From Octopus sinensis (Eukaryota), in NCBI RefSeq assembly GCF_006345805.1, contig NC_042997.1:175150001-175214000 (forward strand): DNA of 64,000 bases, written 5' to 3'. Shown here in pieces: positions 24,590-36,790 of this stretch; positions within the stretch are counted from its first letter, which is position 1, and every line of letters starts with the position of its first letter. The notes under the pieces are model-generated. The model was not told where the DNA came from, did not search any database, and worked only from the letters and a program-made list of their open reading frames with translations. Made by a program: the position numbers and the translations under genes.

Positions 24590-25795
24590 CTTCTATTTAA
24601 CTGGTACTTATTTAATCTGTTTCTTTACTGCCCACAAGGGGCTAAACACAGAGAGGACCAACAAGGACAGACAAACGGATTAAGTCGATTAGACCGACCC
24701 CAGTGCGTAACTGGTACTTATTTAATCGACACCGAAAGGATGAAAGGCAAAGTCGACATCGGCGAAATTTGAACTCGGAACGTAGCGGCAGACGAAGTAC
24801 CTATTTCTATTTCTTTACTACTCACAAGGGGCTAAAACACAGAGAGGACAAACAAGGACAGACAAACGGATTAAGTCGATTACATCGACCCCAGTGCGTA
24901 ACTGGTACTTAATTTATCGACCCCGAAAGGATGAAAGGCAAAGTCGACCTCGGCGGAATTTGAACTCACAACGTAACGGCAGACGAAATACCTATTTCTA
25001 TTTCTTTACTACTCACAAGGGGCTAAACACAGAGAGGACAAACAAGGACAGACAAACGGATTAAGTCGATTACATCGACCCCATTGCGTAACTGGTACTT
25101 ATTTAATCGACACCGAAAGGATGAAAGGCAAAGTCGACCTCGGCGAAATTTGAACTCAGAACGTAACAACAGACGAAGTACCTATTTCTATTTCTTTACT
25201 ACCCACAAGGGGCTAAACACAGAGAGGACAAACAAGGACAGACAAACGGATTAAGTCGATTAGACCGACCCCAGTGCGTAACTGGTACTTATTTAATCGA
25301 CACCGAAAGGATGAAAGGCAAAGTCGAACTCGGCGGAATTTGAACTCACAACGTAGCGGCAGACCGAAATACCTATTTCTTTACTACCCACAAGCGGCTA
25401 AACACAGAGAGGACAAACAAGGACCGACAAACGGATTAAGTCGATTATATCGACCTCAGTGCGTAACTGGTACTTATTTAATCGACCCCGAAAGGATGAA
25501 AGGCAAAGTCGACCTCGGTGGAATTTGAACTCAGAACGTAACGGCAGACGAAGTACCTATTTCTATTTCTTTACTACCCACAAGGGGCTAAACATAGAGA
25601 GAACAAACAAGGGCAGAGAGAGGAATTAAGTCAATTATATCGACCCCAGTGCGTAACTGGTACTTATTTAATCGACCTCGAAAGGATGAAAGGCAAAGTC
25701 GACTTCGGCGGAATTTGAACTCAGAACGTAGCGGCAGACGAAATACCGCAAAGCATTTCGCCCGGCGTGCTAACGTTTCTGCCAGCTCGCCGCCT
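24590..25795 (-). mobile_element. Tandem array of SINE family F (one head plus about six 186-191-bp units)
   Basis: CTGGTACT anchors at 24711, 24902, 25092, 25282, 25468 and 25658. A single GGCGGCGAGCTGGCAG head at about 25795. Confidence 0.92.
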
Positions 25796-26046
25796 TAACT
25801 GGTAGTTATATTATCGCCCCAGGAAGGATGAAAGACAAAGTCGGCAGGTTTGTGAACTCAGGACATAAAGAATCAGAAGAAATACCGCAATGAATTCTGT
25901 CCAACACTCTATCGATTCTACGAATAATAATGATTTATTTTTTAAATGATTGTTTCTTATATAAAAATCAAGCAAAAAAAATTGTGACAAGGAGGTTACT
26001 CGATAACGTCGACTCCAATATTTTATTGGTATTATATTTTTAACCG

Positions 26047-26345
26047 GTGGAGGCACATGGCCTAGTGGTTAGAGCAGCTTACTCGCGGTCGAGGGATCGC
26101 GGGTTCGAATCTCAGACCGGGTGATGTGTGTGTTTATGAGTGGAACACCTAAGCTCCATGCAGCTCCAGCAGAAGATAATGGCAAAACTTCGGCTGACTC
26201 TTTCGCCACAACTTTCTCTCACTCTTTCCTCCTGCATCTTGCAGCTCACCTGCGACGGATCGGCGTCCCGTCATGATGGGGAACCTATCCGTCAAGGAAA
26301 CCGGGAAACCGGCCCTTATGAGCCGGGCAGGGCTCGAGAAGGAAC
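26047..26345 (+). mobile_element. SINE with an A-like head and a B-like tail
   Basis: GTGGAGGCACATGGCCTAGTGG...GGGTTCGAATCTC, then GCGACGGATCGGCGTCCCGTC...GGAAACCGGGAAACCGG. Confidence 0.75.
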
Positions 26346-26477
26346 AAACATATTTTTAAGCGACACTGCAAGAGGATAAAAGGCAAAGCTGACCTCGGTG
26401 TAAAACTGCGAAACATTTTTCCCAACTCTAGCGATTCTGCGAACAACAACCACAACAATAATAATAAGCCCTTCTAC

Positions 26478-26915
26478 TATAGGCACAAGGCCTGAAATTT
26501 TCGGAGAAGAGATAAGTCGATTACATCGACCCCAATACTTAAATGGTATTTCTTTTATCGACCCAGTACTCAACTGGTACTTATTTTACCGACCCTGACA
26601 GGGTGAAATGCAAAGTCAACTTTGATGGAATTTGAACTCAGAAGGTAAATTCCGACGGAATGCCGCTAAGCATTTTCCTAGCGTGTTAACGGTTCTGCCA
26701 GCTCGCCGCCTTAATAATAATAATAATCCTTTCTACTAAAGGCACAAAACTTGAAATCTGAGGGCGGGGACCAGTCGATTAAATCGGGCCTAGTGTTTCA
26801 CTGGTACTTAATTTATCGACCCCAAAAGGATGAAAGACAAAGTCGACCTCGGTGGGATTTGAACTCAGAACGTAACGACGAACGAAATACCTATTTCTTT
26901 ACTACCCACAAGGGC
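26478..26915 (-). mobile_element. Two SINE family F copies
   Basis: GGATGAAAGGCAAAGTCGACC...GAATTTGAACTC motif; head at about 26710. Confidence 0.8.
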
Positions 26916-26925
26916 ATAATAATAG

Positions 26926-27389
26926 CCATTAGCCACAAAGAATAATCTCTAATCCGAGCCTCCTCTAAGCTACTAAGAACGCGTGTGGAAACTTGAAGAT
27001 CCACCCACCACACACGATAGACTGGCGGTTGCACGGGCGCGAAAGCTACGTTGTTATCCTCATTCCGTAAACGGTGGCTTTTAACGGGTGGAGAGCTGAA
27101 CCATCATGGGGTACAGAGGATTCGCAATCTAGACTAGGGTCTGAAAGTTTACCACTTCATAGTAGGTTACACCATGGTTCCTTTGCTTTGTGGCAGAAGT
27201 AGGAAGGAAGAGTGAGAGAAAGTTGTGGTGAAGGAGTACAGCGGGGTTCACCACAATCCCCGCCGGAGCCTCGTGGAGCTTAGGTGTTTTAGCTCAAATA
27301 AACACTCACAATGCCCGGTCTGGGAATCGAAACCGTGTTCTTACGACCGCGAGTCCGCTGCCCAAACCACTGGGCCATTGCGCTTCCAC
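26926..27389 (-). mobile_element. SINE head A + tail X, third copy (3' end missing)
   Basis: Aligns to 9355-9826. Confidence 0.88.
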
Positions 27390-27477
27390 TCTGTTGCTGT
27401 TGTTGCTATTGTTGTTACTGTTGTTGGTTCAGTTGTTATTGCAGCTGATATTGTTGCTACTTACTGTTGCTGTTGCT

Positions 27478-27798
27478 GTTGAGCGAACGGTCTTCGTCCC
27501 AGAGCTCGCAAGATGGGAGAGGTCCGAAACGTGGTCCTTTCCTATTCGTAAGACCCGCAGAAGAGAAAGCAGGTCAACCCCGACACCGAGAGCATCGACG
27601 GATGGATGAATGCACATCCAGGCTCAGCAGTTGCATAGGAAGTCGGGGACAAGAAACAGGAAGAAAGAGTGAGAGAAAGTTGGGGCGAAAGGGAGCAACA
27701 GGGGTCGCCAGCACCCCCTGCCGGAGCCTCGTGGAGCTTTTAGGTGTTTTCGCTCAGTAAACACACACAACGCCCGGTCTGGGAATCGAAACCGCGAT
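27478..27798 (-). mobile_element. SINE head A (5'-truncated) + tail Z ending GCTC(AAC/AGC)n
   Basis: 27655-27798 matches head A; 27478-27655 is a different ~180-bp tail. Confidence 0.7.
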
Positions 27799-28179
27799 GG
27801 TATTGGCAGCAGCGTGGTCCTCTTTCCTCTTTTTCTTATTTTATTTGTGAAAGGAGACATTCTGAGATGGTCAATTGTTCCAAAGACGCGGTACCTCGGT
27901 CGTCTACTTTCCGGATTTCCACGCAGTTTTTTGTCCATTTGACAGAGAGAGGTCCGGATCCTTTCTAGCTGCATGGACTTTTACATGGAGAAGGAATAGG
28001 GAAAAGAAATTTTGATAAAAACTTTATTGCAATTTCATTTACTTACATCCCATTTTGCAGTAACTCACGCACCATTAATATATTTCCGTGTCCCACCTTG
28101 AGAAATATTGGCGTAGCTAGTTTGATTGGAGAAACAAGTTATGAATGATCTATTTGTAAATATTCTTTTCTACTCTAGG

Positions 28180-28888
28180 CCCAAGGCCCAAAATTTTGGT
28201 GGGAGCGGGAGCAGTCGATTAGATCGACCCCAGTACGCAACTGGTATTTAATTTATCGACCCCAAAAGGATGAAAGGCAAAGTCGATCTCGACGGAATTT
28301 GAACTCAGAACATAAAGACAGACGAAATGCCGCTAAGCATTTCGCCCGGCGTGCTAATGTTTCTTATTTCTTTATTGCCCATAAGGGGCTAAACATAGAG
28401 GGGACAAACAAGGACAGACAAAGGGATTAAGTCGATTACATCGACTCCAGTGCGTAACTGGTACTTTATTTAACGACCTCGACGTTTCTTATTTCTTTAC
28501 TGCCCACAAAGGGCTACACACAGAGGGGGCAAACAAGGACAGACAAACGGATTAAGTTGAGTAACTAGTACTTATTTAACCGACCCCGAAAGGATGAAAG
28601 GCAAAGTCGACCTCGGCGGAATTTGAACTCAGAACGTAACGGCAGACGAAATACCTATTTCTTTATTGCCCACAAGGGGATAAACATAGAGGGGATAAAC
28701 AAGGACAGACAGAGGGATTAAGTCGATTATATCGACCCCAGTACGTAACTGGTACTTAATTTATCGACCCCGAAAGGATGAAAGGCAAAGTCGACCTCGG
28801 CGGAATTTGATCTCAGAACGTAACGGCAGACGAAATACCGCTAAGCATTTCGCCCGGCGTGCTAACGATTCTGCCAGCTCGCCGCCTT
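28180..28888 (-). mobile_element. Second tandem cluster of SINE family F (about four units)
   Basis: Repeated family F bodies with one complete head at about 28888 and partial heads inside. Confidence 0.88.
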
Positions 28889-29594
28889 TCTATTTGTAAA
28901 TATTCCTTTGTCGTGTTACAAGTTTTATGCGCCAGGGGAGAAAACTCTTATTAATAGTTTTTTTTATTAAAAAAAGCATGGTTTCAAGGGAGGTTACTGT
29001 TACTGGAATCGTTAAAGCAGTCAGACAAAATATTTTACAGTATCTTTTCTATTCTTAACGTTCAGGATTCAAACCCCCACTGCAATCAACTTATCCTTTC
29101 ATCTCTTTAGGGTTAATAAAATAATGTACCAGCTACATATAGATCTCAGACTATCGACTAATTGATGGCCCTGCGCAAATATTGGTTTCAAATTTTGGCA
29201 CAAGGGAAGGTTAAGTCAATTACATCGACCTCGTGCTCAACTGCACACAACGATGAAAGGCAAAGTCGTGATATAAATGTGTTTGTGTGCGCGCATGCGT
29301 GCACGTTTACTTTTGTGCTTGTGTTTGTCCCCCACTATCGCTTGACAACCGTTATTAATGTGTTTACGTCCCAATAGCTTAACGGTTCGGCAAAAGAGAC
29401 TTATAAAATAAATACCAAACTTTAAAAAAAAATGTACTGGGGTCGATTCGTTCGCCTAAAATTCTTCAAGGCTATGAAAATATTAATAGCTCATAGGAAA
29501 TATATATACTGTGTTTATTAAATAATATTTCTCACGAGATGGAGTGCTTTTATTTATTTTTTTTTTTAATCTTACCATCACAGAACAGTGTGGA

Positions 29595-29595
29595 C

Positions 29596-29667
<72 letters not shown>

Positions 29668-29743
29668 TGACAGACAGCCCGACAGCCCGACAGACCGACA
29701 GACAGACAGACAGACGGGCAGACAGACAGACAGACAGACAGAC

Positions 29744-29793
<50 letters not shown>

Positions 29794-29795
29794 GT
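29595..29795. repeat. (GATA)n-(GACA)n-(GATA)n microsatellite
   Basis: Direct reading. Confidence 0.95.
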
Positions 29796-30106
29796 AGTTA
29801 GTGATCGAGGAAAATGAACTTGGATTTGATCTCAGAATGTAAAGTGCCGAAGCAAATGCAGCAAGATCTTCTAAACCGTTCTCTGAAATGAAATAATAAA
29901 AGATTGGTAAGGATAATCTCCCTTACATTAGGTAATAAAGATAGTTAAATGCAGAGTTAATTCCCTTAGAACAATGCTCGTTTAAAATGTATTAATTTCT
30001 ACCAGAGTTGGGGTATGTGAAAATTTCCCCTAGCCACCGTCTGTCTATCTGTGTGTGCGTGCGTGCGTACATGCGTGCGTATATGCGTGCGTATGTGTGT
30101 GTGGTT

Positions 30107-30165
<59 letters not shown>

Positions 30166-30299
30166 CGCGTGTGTGTGTGCGTGCGTGCGTGTGTTTTCTT
30201 TGTCTTTTCAATTTTTGAGTAAATTTTGACTGGCCACCTACTTGATAGCAAGGTTGTGAAGGGAAGTATCTTCTTTTAACCTTCGTTCTTTGAATCTTA

Positions 30300-31150
30300 T
30301 GAAAGTCTTACAGATTTTTATAGTCCTAGATATTGTAGCATATGAATTAAAGATTTGCATTTTCTCCCCAGGATCCCAATTTCAGCTATATTTTGCTCCA
30401 GACAGGTTGGGATGTATCCTGTTGCTTCAATAATAGGTATGAAGCTGAAAATATATCTTGGGTACTGGGTTTGCAAACTCCTCATCAATGCTCCATAGAT
30501 GTCCTCTTTTTCATGTATTTTTATTTCTTTACTGCCCATTAGGGGGCTAAACATAGAGGGGACGAACAAGGACAGACAAAGAGATTAAGTCGATTACATC
30601 AGTCCCAGTGCGTGACAGGTACTTAATTTATCGACCCCGAAAGGATGAAAGGTAAAGTCGATCTCGGCGGAATTTGAACTCAGAATGTTTAAAGATTTCG
30701 GCCGGCGCACTAACGTTTTTGCCAGGTCACCGCCATTTTCTCATGTATTTTTCTGATCACGTTCGTGTTCAGCAAGCAGCTGATTTTCCCAACAGAACAT
30801 ATCTTTTCTTTGTGTCTGTTTAATTTATAAGTTCCACTAATATTCTTTTGATCCTTTGGTCTCAATATGGTCAACTTTGTTTGTTGGTATTTTTCTTTTT
30901 CATTGTCTTGTACAGACCCCTTTGGCCACTGCATTATGTCTCATGAAAAGATAATATCTGGAAGACATTCTCTCACAGTTGGCAATGATATTGTTGTAAG
31001 CTGAGAGTTCTGATGATTATATTCTCTTTACTCTTCTGAGGTATTCATTCCTGGTCCTCTCCTTATTTAGGTGTCCATTATATCTGACATTCTCATCGTT
31101 TCTGAGATACCTATAATAGCCACCTGACTGTTGAGGTTGTATTGTCAAAC
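30300..31150 (-). mobile_element. Decayed C-terminus of an RLE-type non-LTR retrotransposon (R4/Dong-like), split by a SINE
   Basis: NNIIANCERMSSRYYLFMRHNAVAK (knuckle-adjacent RH motif), then KICSVGKISCLLNTNVIRKIHEK|EDIYGALMRSLQTQYPRYIFSFIPII. The frame rejoins when the SINE is removed. Confidence 0.65.
30523..30740 (-). mobile_element. SINE family F inserted in the RLE LINE
   Basis: Flanked by the direct repeat TCATGTATTTTT (30511-30522, 30741-30752). Confidence 0.85.
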
Positions 31151-31289
31151 TGTTCATTCTTGGGTTTTCAGAGGAGGGAAAAACTTTTCCACATTTCATT
31201 GTCGAAAATGCACATTTGGACCCACCAATATGTATGTACGTGTGTGTGTGTGTGTCTTGTTTTTAACCATCTTGCATATACATATGCCT

Positions 31290-32230
31290 TCAATCACTTC
31301 AAACCAACAAGGCCATTGGACCTGATGATGTCCTTAAACACTGCACCCCAAAGCTAGTCCCATGCACTCACCAAACTCTTCAATTTCTCCTTTGTTAATG
31401 TATCCTGATCTTTGGGGACATTCTACAATGTGTCCCATTCCCAACTATAGCAATCTCCTTGACATACCCCCTATTACCTGATTGCTTTCACATCTAATAT
31501 TTCTGAGGTAATGGAGACAACCATAAACAATAATGTCATCCAACACCTTTAATCTCTCTCTCTCTCTCTCTCCTTATGGCCACTAGTATGGTTTCAGTTA
31601 AGCCAGATCCACAAGTCAACTTCTCACCTCGTCATCCGGCAATAGGCTCTCACCTCGGAAGATTTTGATGAAAGTAATTTTGTCACGGTCAACATCGGCA
31701 AAGCTTTTGACAGTGTCTGGCATGCGAATCTCCTGTCCACCTATAGACTCCACCCATTTCTCAACTCTTGGATTACATTTTCCAATCAGCTCATACAAGT
31801 GCTGCATGTGTTGACAGGATTCTTTCTGTTCCTCATTCTCCCATCTCCGATGTTCCCAAAGGTTCAGTTTTTGTCCTCCACTCTCTTCTTTCATAGCTAG
31901 GACCGTATCCCAACAACTGGTCTTCATCGACTGCCACCTATTACTAACACTTTTCAGTGCTCAGGTAAGGGCCACAGTAGAGTATTGCTCCCTCATCTAG
32001 GGCAGTGCTGCAGCTGCTGCACACATAAACACACTTGACCATATCCATAAATGACCTCTTGTCTGATAGGCATAAATTTACTCCCAGATCAGATTCAACT
32101 CCTGGCCCACAAGTGCTCTATATCCACTTATTCTTCCTTTTATACAGCTATTATAATAGCCTCTGATCCTGTAGAGTTAGCTACATTTATCTCATCTCTA
32201 CTCAAGCATTTACGTCCTATTCATTTCTCC
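31290..32230 (+). mobile_element. Heavily decayed LINE reverse-transcriptase remnant (CR1/Jockey-like)
   Basis: NIGKAFDSVWH (DxxKAFD), VPKGSVLSSTLF (QGSVLSP) and AQVRATVEYCS motifs in shifting frames. Confidence 0.65.
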
Positions 32231-32659
32231 TTTTCTCACTACCCTTGGTCTCACTCTAATCATGTATTAGTACACAAATTATTATCAGCACCACTATATT
32301 CCTTATATTTCTAAATGTATTGAACCCTCTTGACAACTTGGCTGAATATATGTCGCAGAGGAGGCCGAATAAGACTAAAATATGTCCATTGCTTCTACCA
32401 GCTGGAGTAAAAAACCAGATCCACTAATTTCTTTCTTTTCCAAATTTCGTTCTTATTGAAGTTAAGTTATTTCCCTTGATTTTTTTGCTTCTGACATTAA
32501 AACACTCCAAAGTGGAGTCTGCTGCTCGCCCTTCACCGCCTACAAACATTCTAGATCATGTGGAAAAGAGGGTCATAAGGACGGAAAGATTCAATCCCCC
32601 AGCAAGCTTCCAGAAGGTTACTTTCAGAAGGTAAAGCTTGGATGGAGAATATAGAGTAG

Positions 32660-33049
32660 CCCCATGCTAGTATAGGGTGCTAAGAGCACCATCCGAGCAT
32701 GATCGTTGCCACAGCGGCTAACTGGCTTCCATGCCGGTGGCACGTAAAAGGCACCATTCGAGCATGATTGTTACCAGCATCGCCTTACTGGCACCTGTGC
32801 CGGTGGCATGTGTAAAAAGATTCAAGCGAGGTTGTTGCCAATACCGCCTGACTGGCCCCCATGCCAGTATCACGTAAAAGCACCCACTACACTCTAGGAG
32901 TGGTCGGCGTTAGGAAGAGCATCCAGCTGTAGAAACTCTGCTAGATCAAGATTCAAGTCTGATGCAGTCATCTGGTTCGCCAGCCTCAGTCAAATCGCCC
33001 AACTCATGCTAGCATGGAAAGCGGACATTAAAGGATGATGATGATGATG
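32660..33049 (+). mobile_element. Family D SINE-like element (RTE-like, (GAT)n tail)
   Basis: Repeated GTGCCGGTGGCACGTAAAA modules, then GGCGTTAGGAAG(A/G)GCATCCAGCTGTAGAAAC...GCATGGAAAGCGGAC(GAT)n. Confidence 0.8.
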
Positions 33050-33351
33050 TAAGAAATGAATTTTAACTGAAGGTGAAATTGAACAAAGACAAAGGTATGG
33101 AGCTCTGTTAGCTCACAATAGATGCCATTTTAGTAGCAAGATGAGCAGAAAAAGGAAACTAAGGTGAGCTAGCAGTCATAGAGCATTAGAGGGTGAATCT
33201 ATGGTAATTGCTCCAATAGTCTTCATCTAAAGCAGTGTTTCTCAACCATTTTTTTTACCTATGACCTCCTTTGATTCCTATTTTACTTGGATGGACTCTC
33301 CTAGCCAGTAGATCTTATGTTTTGAATTAAATATAATTAGGAAATGCATTA

Positions 33352-33731
33352 CTCTTTTACTTGTTTCAGTCATTTGACTGCGGCCATGCTGCAGCACCGC
33401 CTTTAGTCAAGCAAATTGACCCCAGGACTTATTCTTTGTAAGCCCAGTACTTATTCTATTAGTCTCTTTGCTGAACCGCTAAGTTACAGGGACATAAACA
33501 CACCAGCATCAGTTGTCAAGCGACGTTGGGGGGACAAACACAGACTCACAAACATACACATATATATACAACAGGCTTCTTTCAGTTTCTGTCTACCAAA
33601 TCCACTTACAAGGCTTTGGTCAGCCCGAGGCTATAGTAGAAGACACTTGCCCAAGGTGCCACGCAGTAGGACTGAACCCGGAATCATGTGGTTTGTAAGC
33701 AAGCTACTTACCGCACAGCCACTCCTGCGCC
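33352..33731 (-). mobile_element. tRNA-derived SINE family E (CORE-like)
   Basis: Head GGCGCAGGAGTGGCTG...GGGTTCAGTCC, CCTTGGGCAAGTG block, internal (TG/TA)n, and tail CAGCATGGCCGCAGTCAAATGACTGAAAC. Confidence 0.88.
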
Positions 33732-34125
33732 ATTAAAAATATTGTCGAAATATTTTGCAAATTGTAGAAGCGTAACAAATTTATTGCATGTAAATTTAAA
33801 TAACAAAATCTTATATATACCTGAAAGGGCCATATGGACCTGGGTTAAGAACCACTGATCTAAACTTGGGTTTAATGTCTATGTGTATGGCAGGAATACC
33901 AGCCAATATAATAAGTAATGCTTCATCCAATATAAGGACTGGCGGCAAGTAAGACATACAGCCATAGAAAATCAGCCTCTACAAATTCCAGCAGACCCAT
34001 GCAAGCACAGAAAAAGTGAACATTATAATAATGGTGATATAACTGGTGGTGATGATAGTCATCTTCCAGTCAAACCAAGGAAATTGTTTCTATTGTTCTT
34101 TCAAATTGCTTATGTTATTTGTTGG

Positions 34126-34407
34126 GTGGAGGCGCAATGGCCCAGTGGTTAGGGCAGCGGACTTGCGGTCGGAGGATCGCGGTTTCGATTCCCAGACCGG
34201 GCATTGTGTGTTTATTGAGCGAAAACACCTAAAGCTCCACGAGGCTCCTGCAGGGGGTGGTGGCGACCTCTGTTGTACTCTTTCACTCCAACTTTCTCTC
34301 ACTCTTTCTGTTTCTTGAGTAACGCTGTGATGGACTGGCGTTCCGTCCAGCTGGGATGAACACACATGCCACAGAAACTGGGAAAAGGGCACATAAATAA
34401 AATAAAA
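34126..34407 (+). mobile_element. SINE head A + family B tail, with a 14-bp TSD
   Basis: TSD ATGTTATTTGTTGG at 34112-34125 and 34408-34421. Confidence 0.9.
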
Positions 34408-35335
34408 ATGTTATTTGTTGGTCACAGCTCCTGACAAAAATACCAGTTTCTTCAGTGTCTGAGCAGAATTTAAACTCAATATACACAAAACTAGAACAAC
34501 TACTGCAAAGCATCCAATCTGAAGTTCAAAACAATTCCACCAATCAACCACCCCTTTTTTTTCTTTTAGCCATTCTGAAAGGATTAAAAACAAAGCTGAC
34601 CTTGATGGGATTTGAACTCAAAAGCACAATCAGAACAGATACCATGAAGTATAGTACCCAACATACAAAGAATTCTGCCAATTTGTTGTCTATACAGGGC
34701 TACATGATCCAATATTTTTCAACTACTTAATCAGAAGAATAAGAGCAATTCCTGTGACCTTTCTCAGTAGAAGTTGAGCCAGATCAGAGACTTGACCTAA
34801 CTGCTTGCAAATGAATAGAACCCATTTTAAAGACATTCAAGGCACTCAGAGATGGTATTAAACAGAGCAAGTTGTTAGTCTAACATTCACCATTTAATGT
34901 CCAGCTTCCATGCTCCAAATTGAATTTTAAAAAAACCATTAAAAAAAGATTAAATCCAAGCTGAAGCATTGTCCAGATGGAAAGTTACAAAACCAAGAGA
35001 GGAAAATCTGGATTAAGACCCAATGTTGACCTTGACTATTAATGTTTTTTCTGCTTTGTTTATACATAAAAATTTGCTTACGGGCAATTAACAGAAATAA
35101 TAATGATTATTCTTTTACTTGTTCCAGTCATTTGACTGCAGTCATACTGGAGCACTGCCTTGAAGGGTTTTATTTAGTTGAAAACATCGACCCCAGTATT
35201 TACTTTTTATAAGCCTGGTACTTATTCTATCAGTCTTTTGCTGAAACACTAAGTTACGGGGATGTATATACACCACCAGTTGTCAAGCAGTGGTGCAGTA
35301 CAAACACAAACACACACACAAACATAAATATCATC

Positions 35336-35470
35336 ATCATTGTTTAACGTCTGCTTTCCATGCTAGCATGGGTTGGACGATCTGACTGAGGACTGGTGAA
35401 CCAGATGGCTGCACCAGGCTCCAATCTGATCTGGCAGAGTTTCTACAGCTGGATGCCATTCCTAACACCA
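35336..35470 (-). mobile_element. Family D 3' fragment
   Basis: Reverse complement of the family D tail. Confidence 0.8.
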
Positions 35471-35501
35471 ATATATATATATGTGTGTGTGTGTATATGT
35501 G

Positions 35502-35547
<46 letters not shown>

Positions 35548-35849
35548 CATACATACCTGTGCCAGTGGCACATAAAAAGCACCATCCGAACATATTAATA
35601 TATATTTTATGTAGAGTTTCAAGCTGTGTGTTTAACTATCCAAGTTAGATAGAAGCAAAGATTAATTTATGAAATTTTTATTTAAAAAAATATGTTCTCA
35701 GATTACTTTTCAAAATTGTAAAAAATGAATAAATTCCCAGTATGATTTAAAATGATTTAGATTATTCATGCAAGACCTTAGATTTAGCAAAGCATGTGAC
35801 AGCAGTCAGTTATATCAATCCAAATAACTGTTTATTTTATCAACACTGA

Positions 35850-36075
35850 AAGGATGGAAATCAAATCTAAAAAATAATAATGAAAGGTAAGTCAATTACA
35901 TTGACCCCAGCACTTGACTGGTACTTATTTTATTGAGCCAAAAAAAAAAAAAAAAAAAAAAAAAAATTAAAGATAAAATCGACTGTCAGGATTTGAACTC
36001 AGAACATAAAGATAGACAAAATGTTGCAAAGCACTTTTGTCTGGCATGTTAACAGTTCTGCCAACTTGCCACTTT
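35850..36075 (-). mobile_element. SINE family F, diverged, with an internal poly(A)
   Basis: GACCCCAG...CTGGTACTTATTT...GATTTGAACTCAGAAC motif. Confidence 0.7.
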
Positions 36076-36244
36076 AATAAAAATAATAATAAATTTATTA
36101 ATTAAATAATAATAATAATTATAATAATAAAAGCAAGAAATAATTTTGATTAGAATTTATTTTAACAGTCATAAGAAACAAAATTCTACCTGTAAACAGG
36201 GTTATCCTTTGAGCAAATGCAAAGGATAAAAAGCATTTTTAACT

Positions 36245-36250
36245 TTTATT
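36245..36250 (-). terminator. Candidate Pin1 polyadenylation signal (AATAAA)
   Basis: First AATAAA I found on the minus strand, about 320 nt after the stop codon. Other candidates lie near 36095 and 36157. Confidence 0.35.
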
Positions 36251-36569
36251 CGGCAAAAGCAGAATGTTTCTTCTTTTAAATGCATTTATATTTCTCTTCT
36301 GATAAAATGGAATGACTGGTAGAGTTTCAAACAAAAAAAAAAAAAATCCATCTATACCTTAAAGAATGGGTGGGAAGGAAGAGGAGAAAAGGAGAGATGA
36401 GATTGGAAAGTAGCAGAAGGGGCCATTACCATTGAAAGTGGTATCAGAAAAGGAACAAATTTAAGAGGAATTAGGCTTCTTGCTCTGAATTAAACATGAT
36501 CACACCTTTCACACCATTAAAAGTTTCTAAAATTAAAGATTGTTATCTTTTAATGTCCATAAAAATACT

Positions 36570-36790
36570 TTATGCTGTTCTCAAAATGATGTGGTAACCT
36601 GAATCAGTTGAAACGATGTCACTCAATTCTCCTACTTCCAAACTAAAAGCAGCATCCTCAAATGGTTTCTGCATCTGTCCTCGACCAAACAAACCCAAGT
36701 CACCTTTGTTCTTGGCAGAACTGCAGTCACTGTACTGAGTTGCCAACTCGGAAAAACCAGCCTCACCTGATTCAATTTGTTCCAAATAAC
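36570..36790 (-). CDS. PIN1: Pin1 exon 3 (PPIase C-terminal half)
   Basis: Acceptor ttttcttttcaag|GT; TAA at 36572-36570. Confidence 0.97.

Noticed and set aside
24590-25795. CRISPR-like regularly spaced repeats
   Set aside because: Whole 190-bp units are homologous SINE bodies with no variable spacers.
27505-27545. Hammerhead-like GGA gagg TCC GAAAC GTG GTC
   Set aside because: The CUGANGA box is absent (AAGATGG), there is no stem I, and it is antisense to the host SINE.
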